The notes: generated by a model from the sequence alone, not told the origin. A stretch of 63,341 nucleotides of DNA, filler included, from Octopus bimaculoides (GCF_001194135.2; 7 parts of 6 records of this genome joined end to end with filler, not necessarily neighbours in it); one strand, 5' to 3'; positions 1-12,740 are shown, numbered from the whole stretch's first letter. Made by a program: numbers and translations.

Positions 1-51
<51 letters not shown>

Positions 52-71
52 AAGAGAGAGAGAGAGAGAGA
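1..71. repeat. (AG)n microsatellite
   Basis: Direct reading of the sequence. Confidence 0.98.
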
Positions 72-241
72 AAGTCTGGTAATGGCTTAGTTAGCTGGCT
101 GAATCTACGTTGTCACTCTTCTGGTCAAAGAATAATAAACATGTACTCTACAAAAGTATGGAATAACCCTTGAGATAAATATAAAATTGTTTGTATTAAT
201 CAGAACTGAACATAACAACCTCTAATATATCTAAAGATATC

Positions 242-445
242 GGCTGTGAGCTGCCGGAATCGTTAGCACGCCGGGCAAAACACTTAACGGGCATCTCGTC
301 CGTCATTACTTTTTAGAGTTCAAATTCCGCGAAGGTGGACTTTGCGTTTCATCACTTCGGGGTTGATAAAAGAAATACTGGTTCAACACCGGGGTCGATG
401 TAATCGGATTACTCCTTCTTCCCGAAATTGCTGGCTTTGTGCAAA
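242..445 (+). mobile_element. tRNA-derived SINE, family A (GGCGGCGAGCTGGCAGAA head)
   Basis: Head GGCTGTGAGCTGCCGGAATCGTTAGCACG and B-box-like GAGTTCAAATTCC. Same body as the copies at 27219, 31878, 35711, 45641 and 49177. Possibly one of the described Octopus OK/OR1/OR2 families; assignment not verifiable here. Confidence 0.85.
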
Positions 446-599
446 AGCAAAATTTAGACCCTCCCCATGTGTATGTATGTATGTATATATATATACATAC
501 AAGAAATGATTAAGATACAGTTGAATTAGGAACTGAAGTTGTAGCCCCAAGTTAATCCGATATGAAAAGATGCCTGGTACTGCAGCCGGGCATTTATCA

Positions 600-742
600 T
601 TCTTCTTCTTCTTCTTCTTCTTCTTCTTCTTCTTCTTCTTCTTCTTCTTCTTCTTCTTCTTCTTCTTCTTCTTCTTCTTCTTCTTCTTCTTCTTCTTCTT
701 CTTCTTCTTCTTCTTCTTCTTCTTCTTCTTCTTCTTCTTCTT

Positions 743-818
<76 letters not shown>
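600..818. repeat. Compound (TTC)n-(TTA)n microsatellite
   Basis: (TTC)n ~600-771 followed by (TTA)n 772-818. Explains the poly-K/R/S/F ORFs in the track. Confidence 0.98.
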
Positions 819-820
<2 letters not shown>

Positions 821-1381
821 GGAGAGAGCAGCGTATGCCACAATAGTGACACTGAGGTACAAATATACGAAGCTCAATACACCCGTCATGACTGCCTGTC
901 TCATAAGGGTATACTAATCACATTCGTCACAACCATATGTGCGCGACATGGAGATTTAATATCAAGATAAAAACAGGGCATGACCTTGCAGGTGGGGCCC
1001 AGTTAAAATTTCCTTCAGGTCGAATAGACCATCTCGCTGAAAAGGTCCCTGAATAAGGGTTTTCTATGGATGTAGAACAAAACACCTATGTTTCCAGAGG
1101 GGAATTATTCAAACCCCCAAAAATTCCTCTCAATACATCGCTATGATGCTCCCCTGTTACTTTTGCTTGTGATCAGAGATGCACATATCGTCAGCCACGA
1201 AGGGACATTATTAGTTGGTTAAGGTCAAACAACTGACAAGCAAATCTGTGGTATTGAGCAGAATATTTGCTGTAGCCCATTTTTTGTGCCTTTATGCCAA
1301 GACAAAACATGCAGATGGTAATGCTTCCACTCACATACGATGAAAACTCATGAGAGTCAGTGCCTGGTGTTGCATCAGGGC
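819..1381 (-). mobile_element. ~560-bp non-coding interspersed element embedded in (TAA)n, copy 1
   Basis: Aligns over its whole length with 16129-16680 and with partial copies at 32477-32800 and 49341-49824. (TTA)n on both sides; no ORF. Confidence 0.85.
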
Positions 1382-1389
1382 GATTATTA

Positions 1390-1447
<58 letters not shown>

Positions 1448-1449
1448 AA

Positions 1450-2462
1450 TTCAGTAGTTTTATTTTTATAACGTGCTTTCACTTCACTACCGAGCGCAGC
1501 TCTGTGCACCTTGGGTATGTGCTGTGGTTTGCTGTGGTGCTCTTATGTTTACTGTATTGAAAGTGTTTTGCGTAGGATGTGTGCAGTACCCAGTAGTGCA
1601 ATTTTCTGTATGTTATATATATTTGTAAGTCCTGCTATTTTTGTTATGTATTTGTCTGAATATTTTTTTATTATACCTAAGGCACCTACTATGATAGGAA
1701 TTGTTTCTGTTTTNNNNNNNNNNNNNNNNNNNNNNNNNNNNNNNNNNNNNNNNNNNNNNNNNNNNNNNNNNNNNNNNNNNNNNNNNNNNNNNNNNNNNNN
1801 NNNNNNNNNNNNNNNNNNNNNNNNNNNNNNNNNNNNNNNNNNNNNNNNNNNNNNNNNNNNNNNNNNNNNNNNNNNNNNNNNNNNNNNNNNNNNNNNNNNN
1901 NNNNNNNNNNNNNNNNNNNNNNNNNNNNNNNNNNNNNNNNNNNNNNNNNNNNNNNNNNNNNNNNNNNNNNNNNNNNNNNNNNNNNNNNNNNNNNNNNNNN
2001 NNNNNNNNNNNNNNNNNNNNNNNNNNNNNNNNNNNNNNNNNNNNNNNNNNNNNNNNNNNNNNNNNNNNNNNNNNNNNNNNNNNNNNNNNNNNNNNNNNNN
2101 NNNNNNNNNNNNNNNNNNNNNNNNNNNNNNNNNNNNNNNNNNNNNNNNNNNNNNNNNNNNNNNNNNNNNNNNNNNNNNNNNNNNNNNNNNNNNNNNNNNN
2201 NNNNNNNNNNNNNNNNNNNNNNNNNNNNNNNNNNNNNNNNNNNNNNNNNNNNNNNNNNNNNNNNNNNNNNNNNNNNNNNNNNNNNNNNNNNNNNNNNNNN
2301 NNNNNNNNNNNNNNNNNNNNNNNNNNNNNNNNNNNGTTTTATCATGGTCCGTTGCTGTTCTAGTTTTAGTTTGGATTTCATTTGTTTTATAGCTTTTGTT
2401 GTTTCTTCTTCTTCTTCTTCTTCGTATTTGTTAGGTAGATTGATTTCTTGTTTGTATTTGTA
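1450..2462 (-). mobile_element. 5'-truncated R4/Dong-type RLE LINE, middle hidden by N gap
   Basis: Minus strand 1712->1549 reads KTETIPIIVGALGIIKK...IQKIALLGTAHILRKTLSIQ*, the typical RLE-LINE C-terminus. A ~100-nt 3' UTR runs into (TAA)n; (TTA)n on both flanks. Confidence 0.8.
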
Positions 2463-2466
2463 TTAC

Positions 2467-2514
<48 letters not shown>

Positions 2515-3946
2515 CATTATTATTATTATTAAAGCGGCGAGCTGGCAGAAGAACGCCGGGCAAACTGACTATCATCATCATCATCAACATCATCATCAGC
2601 GGCAGCAGCAGCAGCATTACCATCATCATCATCATCATGGTATGGTAATGTTAATGTTGTTTGCTTAATCGTACGACACCTTATATTAAATCCACACAGT
2701 TTCGGTCAGCGTCAAATTCTCACGTTACTTCAGCTTTGTAAATCATCCGACATAAGATACATTCAGTTTTCACATGGTCAAGATATAATTTGAGGGAGAT
2801 TTTTCAGTTATTTCTTGCAGATCATATGATCTTATAGAGAGACCTCCTATTACGCATCGAGAATATTGATGTCTGGTGAGAATACTTTAGTTTTAGTCAC
2901 ATAGAATTGCACTCTTAATGAATTCTTTCGTAACAGTTGGCAAATTAGTTGGCCATTTTCAGAAGAGTTGGCCTTTTGCCCATTTTGATGGAAGGTTACA
3001 GGCAATATGTACATGAACGTCAATCAAGGAGGACGCTCATCGACGCATATAGGCATTCAGTACACATACCACACACAAAGAAACACATACACACACACAC
3101 ATACATATATGTGGGGGTGCCTACATATNNNNNNNNNNNNNNNNNNNNNNNNNNNNNNNNNNNNNNNNNNNNNNNNNNNNNNNNNNNNNNNNNNNNNNNN
3201 NNNNNNNNNNNNNNNNNNNNNNNNNNNNNNNNNNNNNNNNNNNNNNNNNNNNNNNNNNNNNNNNNNNNNNNNNNNNNNNNNNNNNNNNNNNNNNNNNNNN
3301 NNNNNNNNNNNNNNNNNNNNNNNNNNNNNNNNNNNNNNNNNNNNNNNNNNNNNNNNNNNNNNNNNNNNNNNNNNNNNNNNNNNNNNNNNNNNNNNNNNNN
3401 NNNNNNNNNNNNNNNNNNNNNNNNNNNNNNNNNNNNNNNNNNNNNNNNNNNNNNNNNNNNNNNNNNNNNNNNNNNNNNNNNNNNNNNNNNNNNNNNNNNN
3501 NNNNNNNNNNNNNNNNNNNNNNNNNNNNNNNNNNNNNNNNNNNNNNNNNNNNNNNNNNNNNNNNNNNNNNNNNNNNNNNNNNNNNNNNNNNNNNNNNNNN
3601 NNNNNNNNNNNNNNNNNNNNNNNNNNNNNNNNNNNNNNNNNNNNNNNNNNNNNNNNNNNNNNNNNNNNNNNNNNNNNNNNNNNNNNNNNNNNNNNNNNNN
3701 NNNNNNNNNNNNNNNNNNNNNNNNNNNNNNNNNNNNNNNNNNNNNNNNNNNNNNNNNNNNNNNNNNNNNNNNNNNNNNNNNNNNNNNNNNNNNNNNNNNN
3801 NNNNNNNNNNNNNNNNNNNNNNNNNNNNNNNNNNNNNNNNNNNNNNNNNNNNNNNNNNNNNNNNNNNNNNNNNNNNNNNNNNNNNNNNNNNNNNNNNNNN
3901 NNNNNNNNNNNNNNNNNNNNNNNNNNNNNNNNNNNNNNNNNNNNNN

Positions 3947-4010
<64 letters not shown>

Positions 4011-4710
4011 AATATATCTATATATAGAGAGGCTCGTTTAAAAGCATAGAGGGTATGGTATTATCTGCGCATAGTTCTGATACGACACACGTAGAGAGAT
4101 CACATAGTCTAGACACAGAGCAATAGACACATCGACCCTCAACAGAAAGCCCAAATGGAACAGTAACACCCACCTCCACACCACAATGACAGGAGACAAT
4201 ATAGATACAAACAGTGCAATACACACAGAATAGACAAATATGCATATACTTACGATAAATATGGGAAATAGAAAAGAATGTACAAAGGGCACGGATAAAA
4301 ACAACATACAGAGTGAATCCATATACACACACAAACATACATACAGTAACTTCACAGACGACCGCAACAGTATCAACAACACGACTACAACGACAACAGC
4401 AACATCGATAACAATAATGGCAGTAACAGCAACACTATTACAGCAGCGTGGGCGAACACACAAACACAGAGTGATACAGGAACGGTACCAAATGTTGGGC
4501 TCATGGGAAGCGACAACGGGAGAGGTGATGAGGCTAAGGGGAGGCTCATACTGTTACTAAAAACAATGACACACACATACACACACGCGCGTGCACACAC
4601 ACACACACACCCACACACACACACAGATGCAAAGCGCACGTGCATATAAGTATATACATCATAGAAGAACAGAATGAAATAAGTGAGCAAGAGCACATAC
4701 GATGGAAAGT

Positions 4711-4750
4711 TACGCTGAAGAGGTCACAGATGTGTGACGAAAGATTTCAG
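4711..4750 (+). ncRNA. Hammerhead-like motif (minimal type, stem I missing)
   Basis: CTGAAGA-G-[GTCACA gatg TGTGAC]-GAAA-GATTT-C: intact core and 6-bp stem II, but no stem I pairing. Confidence 0.35.
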
Positions 4751-5399
4751 GACAATGGACATGAGTTAATAAACAAGTGAAGAACAGTAATAAACAAGTG
4801 AAGAATGAATATATAGTGCGTGTGTTTATTTGGCAAAAAACAAAAATAAGCGTCCTGAAATACAAATATATATATACGTAATTGATATGCCAAACTAATA
4901 TTTTAAGCAACTCATGTCTGTATTCCATTTAGATTTACCAGCCAATTATAATCCCTTACTGCAAAATATAATCCACTTGCTTTATATGATTCTTTCTATC
5001 TTCAAGCGACAATTTTTATGAAAGCATTCTAATACTTTTTCCTGATATGAAATTATATATTTTATCTGAATTGGAGAATTTTATATCTAAATCAACATTC
5101 GTTATTTATTTCTACGTAAAGAAACAAAATTATAAAGTTTGTTCAATTTTATACCACATTTCAAAAAATTTGCTTTCGTCTCTTATTTCTCCTTTAGCTG
5201 CGAGCTCAATTTTTATTGAGTCGTGTGAATGTGCATGTAAATAATTAAGTGGCGATAATTGCGAAGGTATATTTTCCAGCATATTCACAGTATAGATTAT
5301 CTGTATAAAAAAAACAGATTCAACCTTGCTGAATTATAAGTTATTCTACTGAGGTCAGAATCTCGATTTTAGGTACAAGAGAAACTGTGCAAGCAAGAC

Positions 5400-5400
<1 letters not shown>

Positions 5401-5442
<42 letters not shown>

Positions 5443-5820
5443 NNNNNNNNNNNNNNNNNNNNNNNNNNNNNNNNNNNNNNNNNNNNNNNNNNNNNNNNNN
5501 NNNNNNNNNNNNNNNNNNNNNNNNNNNNNNNNNNNNNNNNNNNNNNNNNNNNNNNNNNNNNNNNNNNNNNNNNNNNNNNNNNNNNNNNNNNNNNNNNNNN
5601 NNNNNNNNNNNNNNNNNNNNNNNNNNNNNNNNNNNNNNAGAGAGAGAGAGCAGAGAGAGGAGAGAGAGGGCAGAGAGGGGAGAGAGAGAGCAGAGAGAGG
5701 AGAGAGCAGAGAGAGCAGAGAGAGAGCAGAGAGAGCAGAGAGAGCAGAGAGAGAGCAGAGAGAGCAGAGAGAGAGCAGAGAGAGCAGAGAGAGAGAGCAG
5801 AGAGAGGAGAGAGAGAGAGA
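5401..5820. repeat. (AG)n and (GAGAGCAGA)-type variant repeat spanning a gap
   Basis: Direct reading. Confidence 0.95.
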
Positions 5821-5914
5821 CGGCGATGGAAAGAGTGAGAATGAGAAATAGAGAGACGGGGGCAGACAGTGACAAAAAACATTGTGGAAGAAGCATATAT
5901 AAAAAGGTGTGATA

Positions 5915-6030
5915 CACGTAGCCCTCTGGTTGCATTCATGTTCGCAAGATCGTGGTTTCAATTCTCTGACTGGCCGGTGCAAGACACTTCATTTCACGTT
6001 GCTCCTGTCCTCTTAGTTGTAAATAAGTAA
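5915..6030 (+). mobile_element. Degenerate tRNA-derived SINE, family D fragment
   Basis: GATCGTGGTTTCAATT B-box-like segment plus the GCAAGACACTTCATTTCAC core shared with 9101, 35560 and 60567. Confidence 0.55.
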
Positions 6031-6449
6031 CACTTAACAATGAACTGTTCCTCTGCCCACCCTGTTCAGAAGGAATAATGTGATCTCGATCACCTATGTG
6101 TCGTGGAAACCGGGTAACAAACGGAATTTTTATGTTAGATTTGTACAGAGTTTATTTCCGAGTTATTGCCCCAGTTGAACCAAACAAAATGCAACATACT
6201 TGTTTTTAAAATACTATGCTCACTCACCTGAGCTCTAAAGATGAGCAGTCTATAGAACCACGCTTCTGAAACAAATAAAATGAAAGACCACAATACTAGT
6301 AATATATTTCATATTTTATTGATTTTCCCTAGGGCTTGTGACCATGCTAAGGCAATGCCATCATCATCTCCATCATCATTAACAACAACGACAACTCCTG
6401 GGCATTACTGTCTCGAGTTTTAAGACTCCTAGGGCCCGTTACTCGGTTT

Positions 6450-6569
6450 CCCAGAAATGGGATGCGAACCCACGCTCACATTCGTACACTTGAGTAACTC
6501 AATCTTCTTGTGAGCTTACCAAAAGTTTCACCTTCAATTTAGCACCTTAGACCTTTCGGCCACTTATAT
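6450..6569 (-). tRNA. Intron-containing tRNA-Leu(CAA)-like pseudogene
   Basis: Minus strand TGGCCGAAAGGTCTAAGGTGCTAAATTGAAG + ~34-nt insert + ...GAGCGTGGGTTCGCATCCCATTTCTG matches the eukaryotic Leu-CAA layout (TGGCCGAGTGGTCTAAGGCGCCAGACTCAAG-intron-...GCGTGGGTTCGAATCCCACTTCTG). Acceptor stem and anticodon are decayed. Confidence 0.6.
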
Positions 6570-8064
6570 ATATTATTGGAGCGAACTTTGCACTCATAAT
6601 ATTAAGCTTGTGTATGCAGATTTTAAGCAATAAATAAATTTTTTGCGAAAATTACAGTAAGCTCTGCACTGAAAAGAAGTATTTCGTTCTCGCGATAAAA
6701 ATAGATGTCTTAAATATGAAATCTGTGCAAACATTTTAACCCCAACGTGAAAAAAAGCACTAACTTGCAAATGTGAATAAAGCAACTGAAAAGAAGAAAT
6801 TGAATGAAAACAACGAGTACTTGAAGGTCTGTTGATGGCATCCCAACATTCACCACAAACACTAAGACAACAGAACGGCGAATCACGGTGAAACAGAAAT
6901 AGAGACGTGTTCGCTCCACGAACAATCTTTTCCTGATGATTCTCAATAAACACATGAATCTGAAAGTAATAGGATGCTGTAGACTCGAACTATTGCTAAT
7001 AGTATTTACTCAGCATAAGTCATTGTATTTTATATATGATTTGTTCGTAGAATTATGGCCTATGTAATAACACTAGAAAAGAAACTGCTACATACGCACA
7101 CATATACACACATACATATGTATTTGTGTGTTTAATATATTTGTGAGTATATTTACGAGAGAACGTGTAAGCGTGTTTTGTTTGTAGATATAATTATGAT
7201 TATTAAATTTTGAGTTGGTGTGAAATGTAAGCCAGTGACAAAATAAGTATCCCAGAGAAATCAAATCGACAAGTTATCGAATAGATCCCTTTGTAAGAAC
7301 ATTGCCTAAGTATTATGAAGCAGAATATAAGACAGCCAATTATTCTATTCCAAGATTCTTTTTTCCCTAAAGGGAAAATTCTCTTCTACACATTTATAAC
7401 AATTGGTGACACTTATAAACGTATAACCAATTATAACATATTTCGCAAAGTCTCGTTTGAGTTGTAATTAATTTCACTGCTTAGGTTCACCGGCATCACT
7501 GCGTGTTTAAGAAGTTCACAATGTAGTCATGAGGTTTTAGTTTCAACACCATCGAGCTACATTTTCTATTTATCTTCTACCATAGTTTCGAGTGAAACAA
7601 AAGCTTACAAGGAAAATTTTGAAACTCGCGAACTGAATGTAAGCCCGTTGGCATGACTAATCATATTCTAATCTTGTAGATTTAATTAGTTTCCAGATTA
7701 AACAATGTTACCTGGTCCATTGAATGCATATAATAGTTTCGTCGTCCATTTTGTCTCCATTTCTCTCCTACCTTTATATAGATCTCATTTCTTTGGCCTT
7801 AAGTAGGAAGAATTATTACAATTATAATTCTTGGAATCGCTACGCAATTATGTCTAGAATTTGTTGATTTTCCTGGTCAAATATGGAGGCATTGAACAAT
7901 TCACCAATTGACGTTTCGACTTTTGAACCACAGACTTGGACAACTCATAGGTCTCCGTAATTATAGTGAAACAGGTTGGAACACTTTTAATCAGCGTCAG
8001 ATTTCAGAACGTTCATTACACAAATGTAAAATAGTAGTGCGTTGGTGGAGTATGTGCGACAGAG

Positions 8065-8068
<4 letters not shown>

Positions 8069-8137
<69 letters not shown>
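8069..8137. repeat. (AG)n microsatellite
   Basis: Direct reading. Confidence 0.98.
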
Positions 8138-8141
<4 letters not shown>

Positions 8142-9060
8142 GATTCAAAGCGGAGAGTATTAGGAGTGAAAATGGTGGGAATAGGAGAGAGAGCAAGAGA
8201 GAGAGAAACAGAATAAGTCAAAATCAGAGAGCATGAGAGAGGGGAAGAGGGAGGAAGGGGACGACAGAAAATCACAGAATGACAAGTAGACACCATCAAG
8301 AGCTAAATGCAACGATATATGCACACATGTGCGTGTGTGCATATGTACATAGAAGTATACATATGTATATATAGCTATAAGCAATCATATATGTATATAT
8401 ACACACAAGCACAGCCACACACACACATATATATAAGCAAACTAACATTTCTTAATATTAGAAGGATCGAAATGTGTATTGCACGATGTAACGAAGATGA
8501 ATAATTTTTTTAGAACGCAGTAATGCCGTTAGAACAGTAGAAATAATGGCTGAATTACCCTAACAAGGTGAAAATAAACAGTAATGGGACTCGAACCTCC
8601 AAGACTAGACGTTAAATAGCTTACAGAACAACTACGTGTGTATAGATATAAACAAACTAATATTTGCCATTATTAGAAGCGTTGAAATGTACGATAAAAA
8701 CAAGATGAATTTGACGATAGGCAGTTTAGCATAATGGAGCTTTGGGGGAGGTGGGTTTGTGTCCCATGGCCGTCTTTTGACAAGTTTTTTCTGCCTTGTA
8801 ACATTAATTTACCCATTATTTCTGCTATTCTGATGGCATTACTGCGTTTGAAAAAATTACTTCTTGTTTGTATCCTACAATCCGTACATACATACATACA
8901 TACATATATGTATANNNNNNNNNNNNNNNNNNNNNNNNNNNNNNNNNNNNNNNNNNNNNNNNNNNNNNNNNNNNNNNNNNNNNNNNNNNNNNNNNNNNNN
9001 NNNNNNNNNNNNNNNNNNNNNNNNNNTATATATATATATATATATATTTATGTTATATAC

Positions 9061-9096
<36 letters not shown>

Positions 9097-9100
9097 ATGA

Positions 9101-9365
9101 GGAGGCATAGCCTAGTGGTTAGATCGTGGTTTCGATTCTTAGACCGGGTAGTGTGTTGTGTTCTTGAGGCAAACACTTCATCTCACACTGATCAGCGACC
9201 GCTTCAACACCTGACGCGTCGCACACCGTGCACCTGTTCAGGCAACGTCCATGTGATAGAGGGAGTGAGCTTCCGTACAGCACATACATTTGATTACAGC
9301 AAATCCTTTCTGCAGTTCGTCCGTAAAATCTGAACAGTCATACGTTGTCTTCAACGAGAGAGTCT
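9101..9365 (+). mobile_element. tRNA-derived SINE, family D-related
   Basis: GGAGGCATAGCCTAGTGGTTAGA A-box, GGTTTCGATTC B-box and TTGTGTTCTTGAGGCAAACACTTCAT core. Confidence 0.7.
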
Positions 9366-10592
9366 ATCAATATATACATACATATACAAGTGTGTATGTA
9401 TATGGTGTATATGTAGTTTTGTGTGTGTGTACATATGTGTATACGTATACGTTTTTGTAGGTGCGTGTGTGTGATTTACTTCCAAATAATTGAAGAGAAA
9501 AAGATATCACAATTTGCACATTATTGATTGATCCTCAATAAGCACGTGTATATATGTTTGTGTATAAATTTTGGTGTGTGTATTTAACTTCATTTTTATG
9601 TGCATATACGTATAGGGGTGGGGGAGAAAGTTTGAATATATAACTAAAGTTTTGATCACGTACATTACAGAGAAATGAAAGCATGTGTTTATATTTGAAT
9701 AAAAAATCGGAAGAACGAAAGACAACCTGAGAAATTGAGCATCTGTGTGTATAGGACAGAGCATAAAACGATAGAAATACACACACACATATGCACATAC
9801 ACAATACTACATACATACACATATAATACACGCTCATATGTATTAGTGTTTTTGTATGTATATCTTTGTATATTCGTTTATGTATCTGTTTGGGATTTAT
9901 AACAAATTTAGATAAAATTAAAATCGGGTATTTATTATATTTATTATATTTTCTATAGCAAGTAGTGACAAACAGCGTCATTATTTGTCGTTACTCTTCA
10001 ACGATTTAACTCCTTACTGACGCAGAGGAGTACCCAGTGACAAACGAATATCTTTTAGCAAAGGACATTTCGTTTTTTTTCTTTCAAAGGCTGCTTGACG
10101 TTTTGTAAAATTCATACAATATGTGAACACACAAATGTGTGTGTGCGTATGTCCATATACATAAATACACACCTATATATATATATATATATATATATAT
10201 NNNNNNNNNNNNNNNNNNNNNNNNNNNNNNNNNNNNNNNNNNNNNNNNNNNNNNNNNNNNNNNNNNNNNNNNNNNNNNNNNNNNNNNNNNNNNNNNNNNN
10301 NNNNNNNNNNNNNNNNNNNNNNNNNNNNNNNNNNNNNNNNNNNNNNNNNNNNNNNNNNNNNNNNNNNNNNNNNNNNNNNNNNNNNNNNNNNNNNNNNNNN
10401 NNNNNNNNNNNNNNNNNNNNNNNNNNNNNNNNNNNNNNNNNNNNNNNNNNNNNNNNNNNNNNNNNNNNNNNNNNNNNNNNNNNNNNNNNNNNNNNNNNNN
10501 NNNNNNNNNNNNCACATACCGAAGTTCAGAAATAGCAGTTAAAAATGCTTCGGTATGTGGTGAAGCAACCTGTTTGCTGATCCCTTAATTTT

Positions 10593-10642
<50 letters not shown>

Positions 10643-10783
10643 GTTTATCTGTATACTTAAATTTATATGATATATAAGAGCATATACATGCATATATATA
10701 TGCGTATGCATACACACACATATACGCACACACATGCACACACGCACAGGCACACACAGACACGCGCGCACACACACAGACAT

Positions 10784-10817
<34 letters not shown>

Positions 10818-11172
10818 AGTGTCCGTCTACCTGTAGATATAGTACAACTTGAATGGAGAGCTAAATTCTTAACGACGCGGCCTTGCAGTTATAATTAAAA
10901 AAACCGTGGTGTACTCAGAGTTCTCAGTTTTGTGGGTAGGTTAAACATTCCAGTTGATTAGTTTCCCTGTACCTAATGTCCTTCTCCAAAATATGATAAT
11001 ATTTTTTGCTTGCTAAAGGAGCTAGAATTCTAATATAATCATGATAATGTGAAACTTTTCTGGCTTGCAAAGCTTTTCATGATGCTGTATTGTGGTAGCT
11101 TCAAATGCTTTTTAACAGAAGAATCAACAAGTTTTATATTTTCTTATTTGTCTAAACAATGTTACAAAATTT

Positions 11173-11422
11173 CGTTTTTGGACTTGGTTTGCAAGATTCT
11201 TTTAGTGCCTTATAACTTAACACACTCACCGGTAAAATTTGCGCTTATTTCCGTTGTGTCTTGCAACCTTTTCAATAGTTATTGACTCTCTAGAGAGTCA
11301 ATAACTATTGAAAATGCTGCAAGACACAACGGAAATTTTAGAAAAATAAAGAAGGAAATAAATAGAAATTTTACCGGTGACTCTGTTAAATTATAAGACA
11401 CTAAAAGACTCTCACCAGACAC
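11173..11422. mobile_element. Spacer-less palindromic (fold-back) element between 18-bp direct repeats
   Basis: Centre at 11291/11292. Perfect 23-bp inner arms; outer arms pair to about 11195/11411. AACAATGTTACAAAATTT occurs at 11155-11172 and 11423-11440. Confidence 0.7.
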
Positions 11423-11765
11423 AACAATGTTACAAAATTTTCACTGCTTGTTTTCAAAGACGAATATTTTCCATAATACTTCTTATGTTCTTTCAGAAAC
11501 TGTTTGAGTGGCCGAATCCGTACGATGTCTTTAACAGGAAACTAAACTATTCGCTTTGTCGAATACATTTTTCCCTTTGCCTGATGAAGTTATTGTTAAT
11601 TAATATTTATTTTGAAAATAATGATAAACATATGTATATTTATTATATAACTATGAGTTTGTTCAGAATTAATGGTGAAATACATTGCGACAGTGACTAC
11701 ATTTAGGTGTGAATGCATGCACCTATGTCAAATACTGGTTTAAAATCTTAGGAGAAAACCAGCAA

Positions 11766-11872
11766 TTTTAGGGGAGGTGATAAGTAGAGTACATGTGTGC
11801 TCAAACTGGTACTTATTTTTTCAACCCCGAAAGGATGAAAGGCAAAGCTGACTTAGGCGGAAGTTGATCCTT
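11766..11872 (-). mobile_element. SINE family A fragment
   Basis: CCCCGAAAGGATGAAAGGCAAAG motif shared with the other family A copies. Confidence 0.75.
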
Positions 11873-12519
11873 CGTTAAATATTAGATGTGTGTATGTGTA
11901 TGTGTGTATTTGTGTGTATACATGTCTATTGCTATGCGAGTATCTAAAATATACGCAGCACATGGAATATGTTGCATGTAAAATGAAAATGCATTCATGC
12001 GTTTCGGTCATATGACTGCGCCCTTGCTGGAGCAAAACCTTAAAGAGTTTTTAGTCGAAGAAATTGACCCCAGGACGTATTCTTTGTAAGCCTAGTACTT
12101 ATTCTATCGGAGTTAATTTACGGAGAGGTAAATACACTTTCATCGGTTGCACTATGTAAATTGCACACCTATTAGTGAAGGTATGGTTAAGAAGCTCACT
12201 TCGTAGCCATGTGGTATTGTGATCTGGCGCACTGCGATGACCATTGGATAAATGTCTTGTATTATAGCCCCACGCCGATAAATGCTTTCTGAGCGAATTT
12301 GGTAGATGCAAACTCTGTAGAATCCCATCCCGAATATGTGTGAATCTTTGGTTTTATTCCTCCGAATTCTTTGACAGCACTTGCTTTCTTTACGGTCCCG
12401 CAACGCAGCTTATCGCCAAAAGAGATCGACACAATAAGAATAAGCTCTAGGATCAACTATAACCTTTCAAGATGGAGCCTCAAAGACTGCAGTAAAAAGT
12501 AGAAGACAAAGATAGGTAA

Positions 12520-12740
12520 AGAACGAGAAGATATTAAAATACGATTGAAGATTTCCCAAATGAAAGAGAGGCTGTAAAGACGGTTAATGTATTGGTGAAA
12601 AGTTTTAGTTATATCCCGTCTGGAGCACTTGGAATTATTCTAGATCAATCTGAAGATTAATTAATGGTAATTATAAGGCACAACTACAGAATGATACAGC
12701 TGTAGTATGAAATATCCAAAAGAGAGTTTCTCTTCAATGA
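12520..12740 (+). mobile_element. Highly degenerate R4/Dong-type RLE fragment
   Basis: Frameshifted peptide pieces NEKILKYD and SGALGII resemble the EKI.KY.DL and GALG.I motifs of the other Dong copies. Confidence 0.4.

Noticed and set aside
383-917. Four overlapping poly-amino-acid ORFs
   Set aside because: Translations of the (TTC)n/(TTA)n microsatellite.
2821-2875. Segment with good acceptor and donor sites
   Set aside because: All three frames contain stops; it can only be non-coding, and there is no other support.
6104-6451. 14-bp inverted match GGAAACCGGGTAAC / GTTACTCGGTTTCC as possible TIRs
   Set aside because: No TSD; more likely two fragments of a common repeat.
6922-6975. CTGATGA...GAAAG hammerhead-like spacing
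   Set aside because: Stem II closure and stem III fail.
8585-8640. GGTTCGAGTCCC B-box-like motif on the minus strand
   Set aside because: No cloverleaf or A box; at most a SINE or tRNA crumb.
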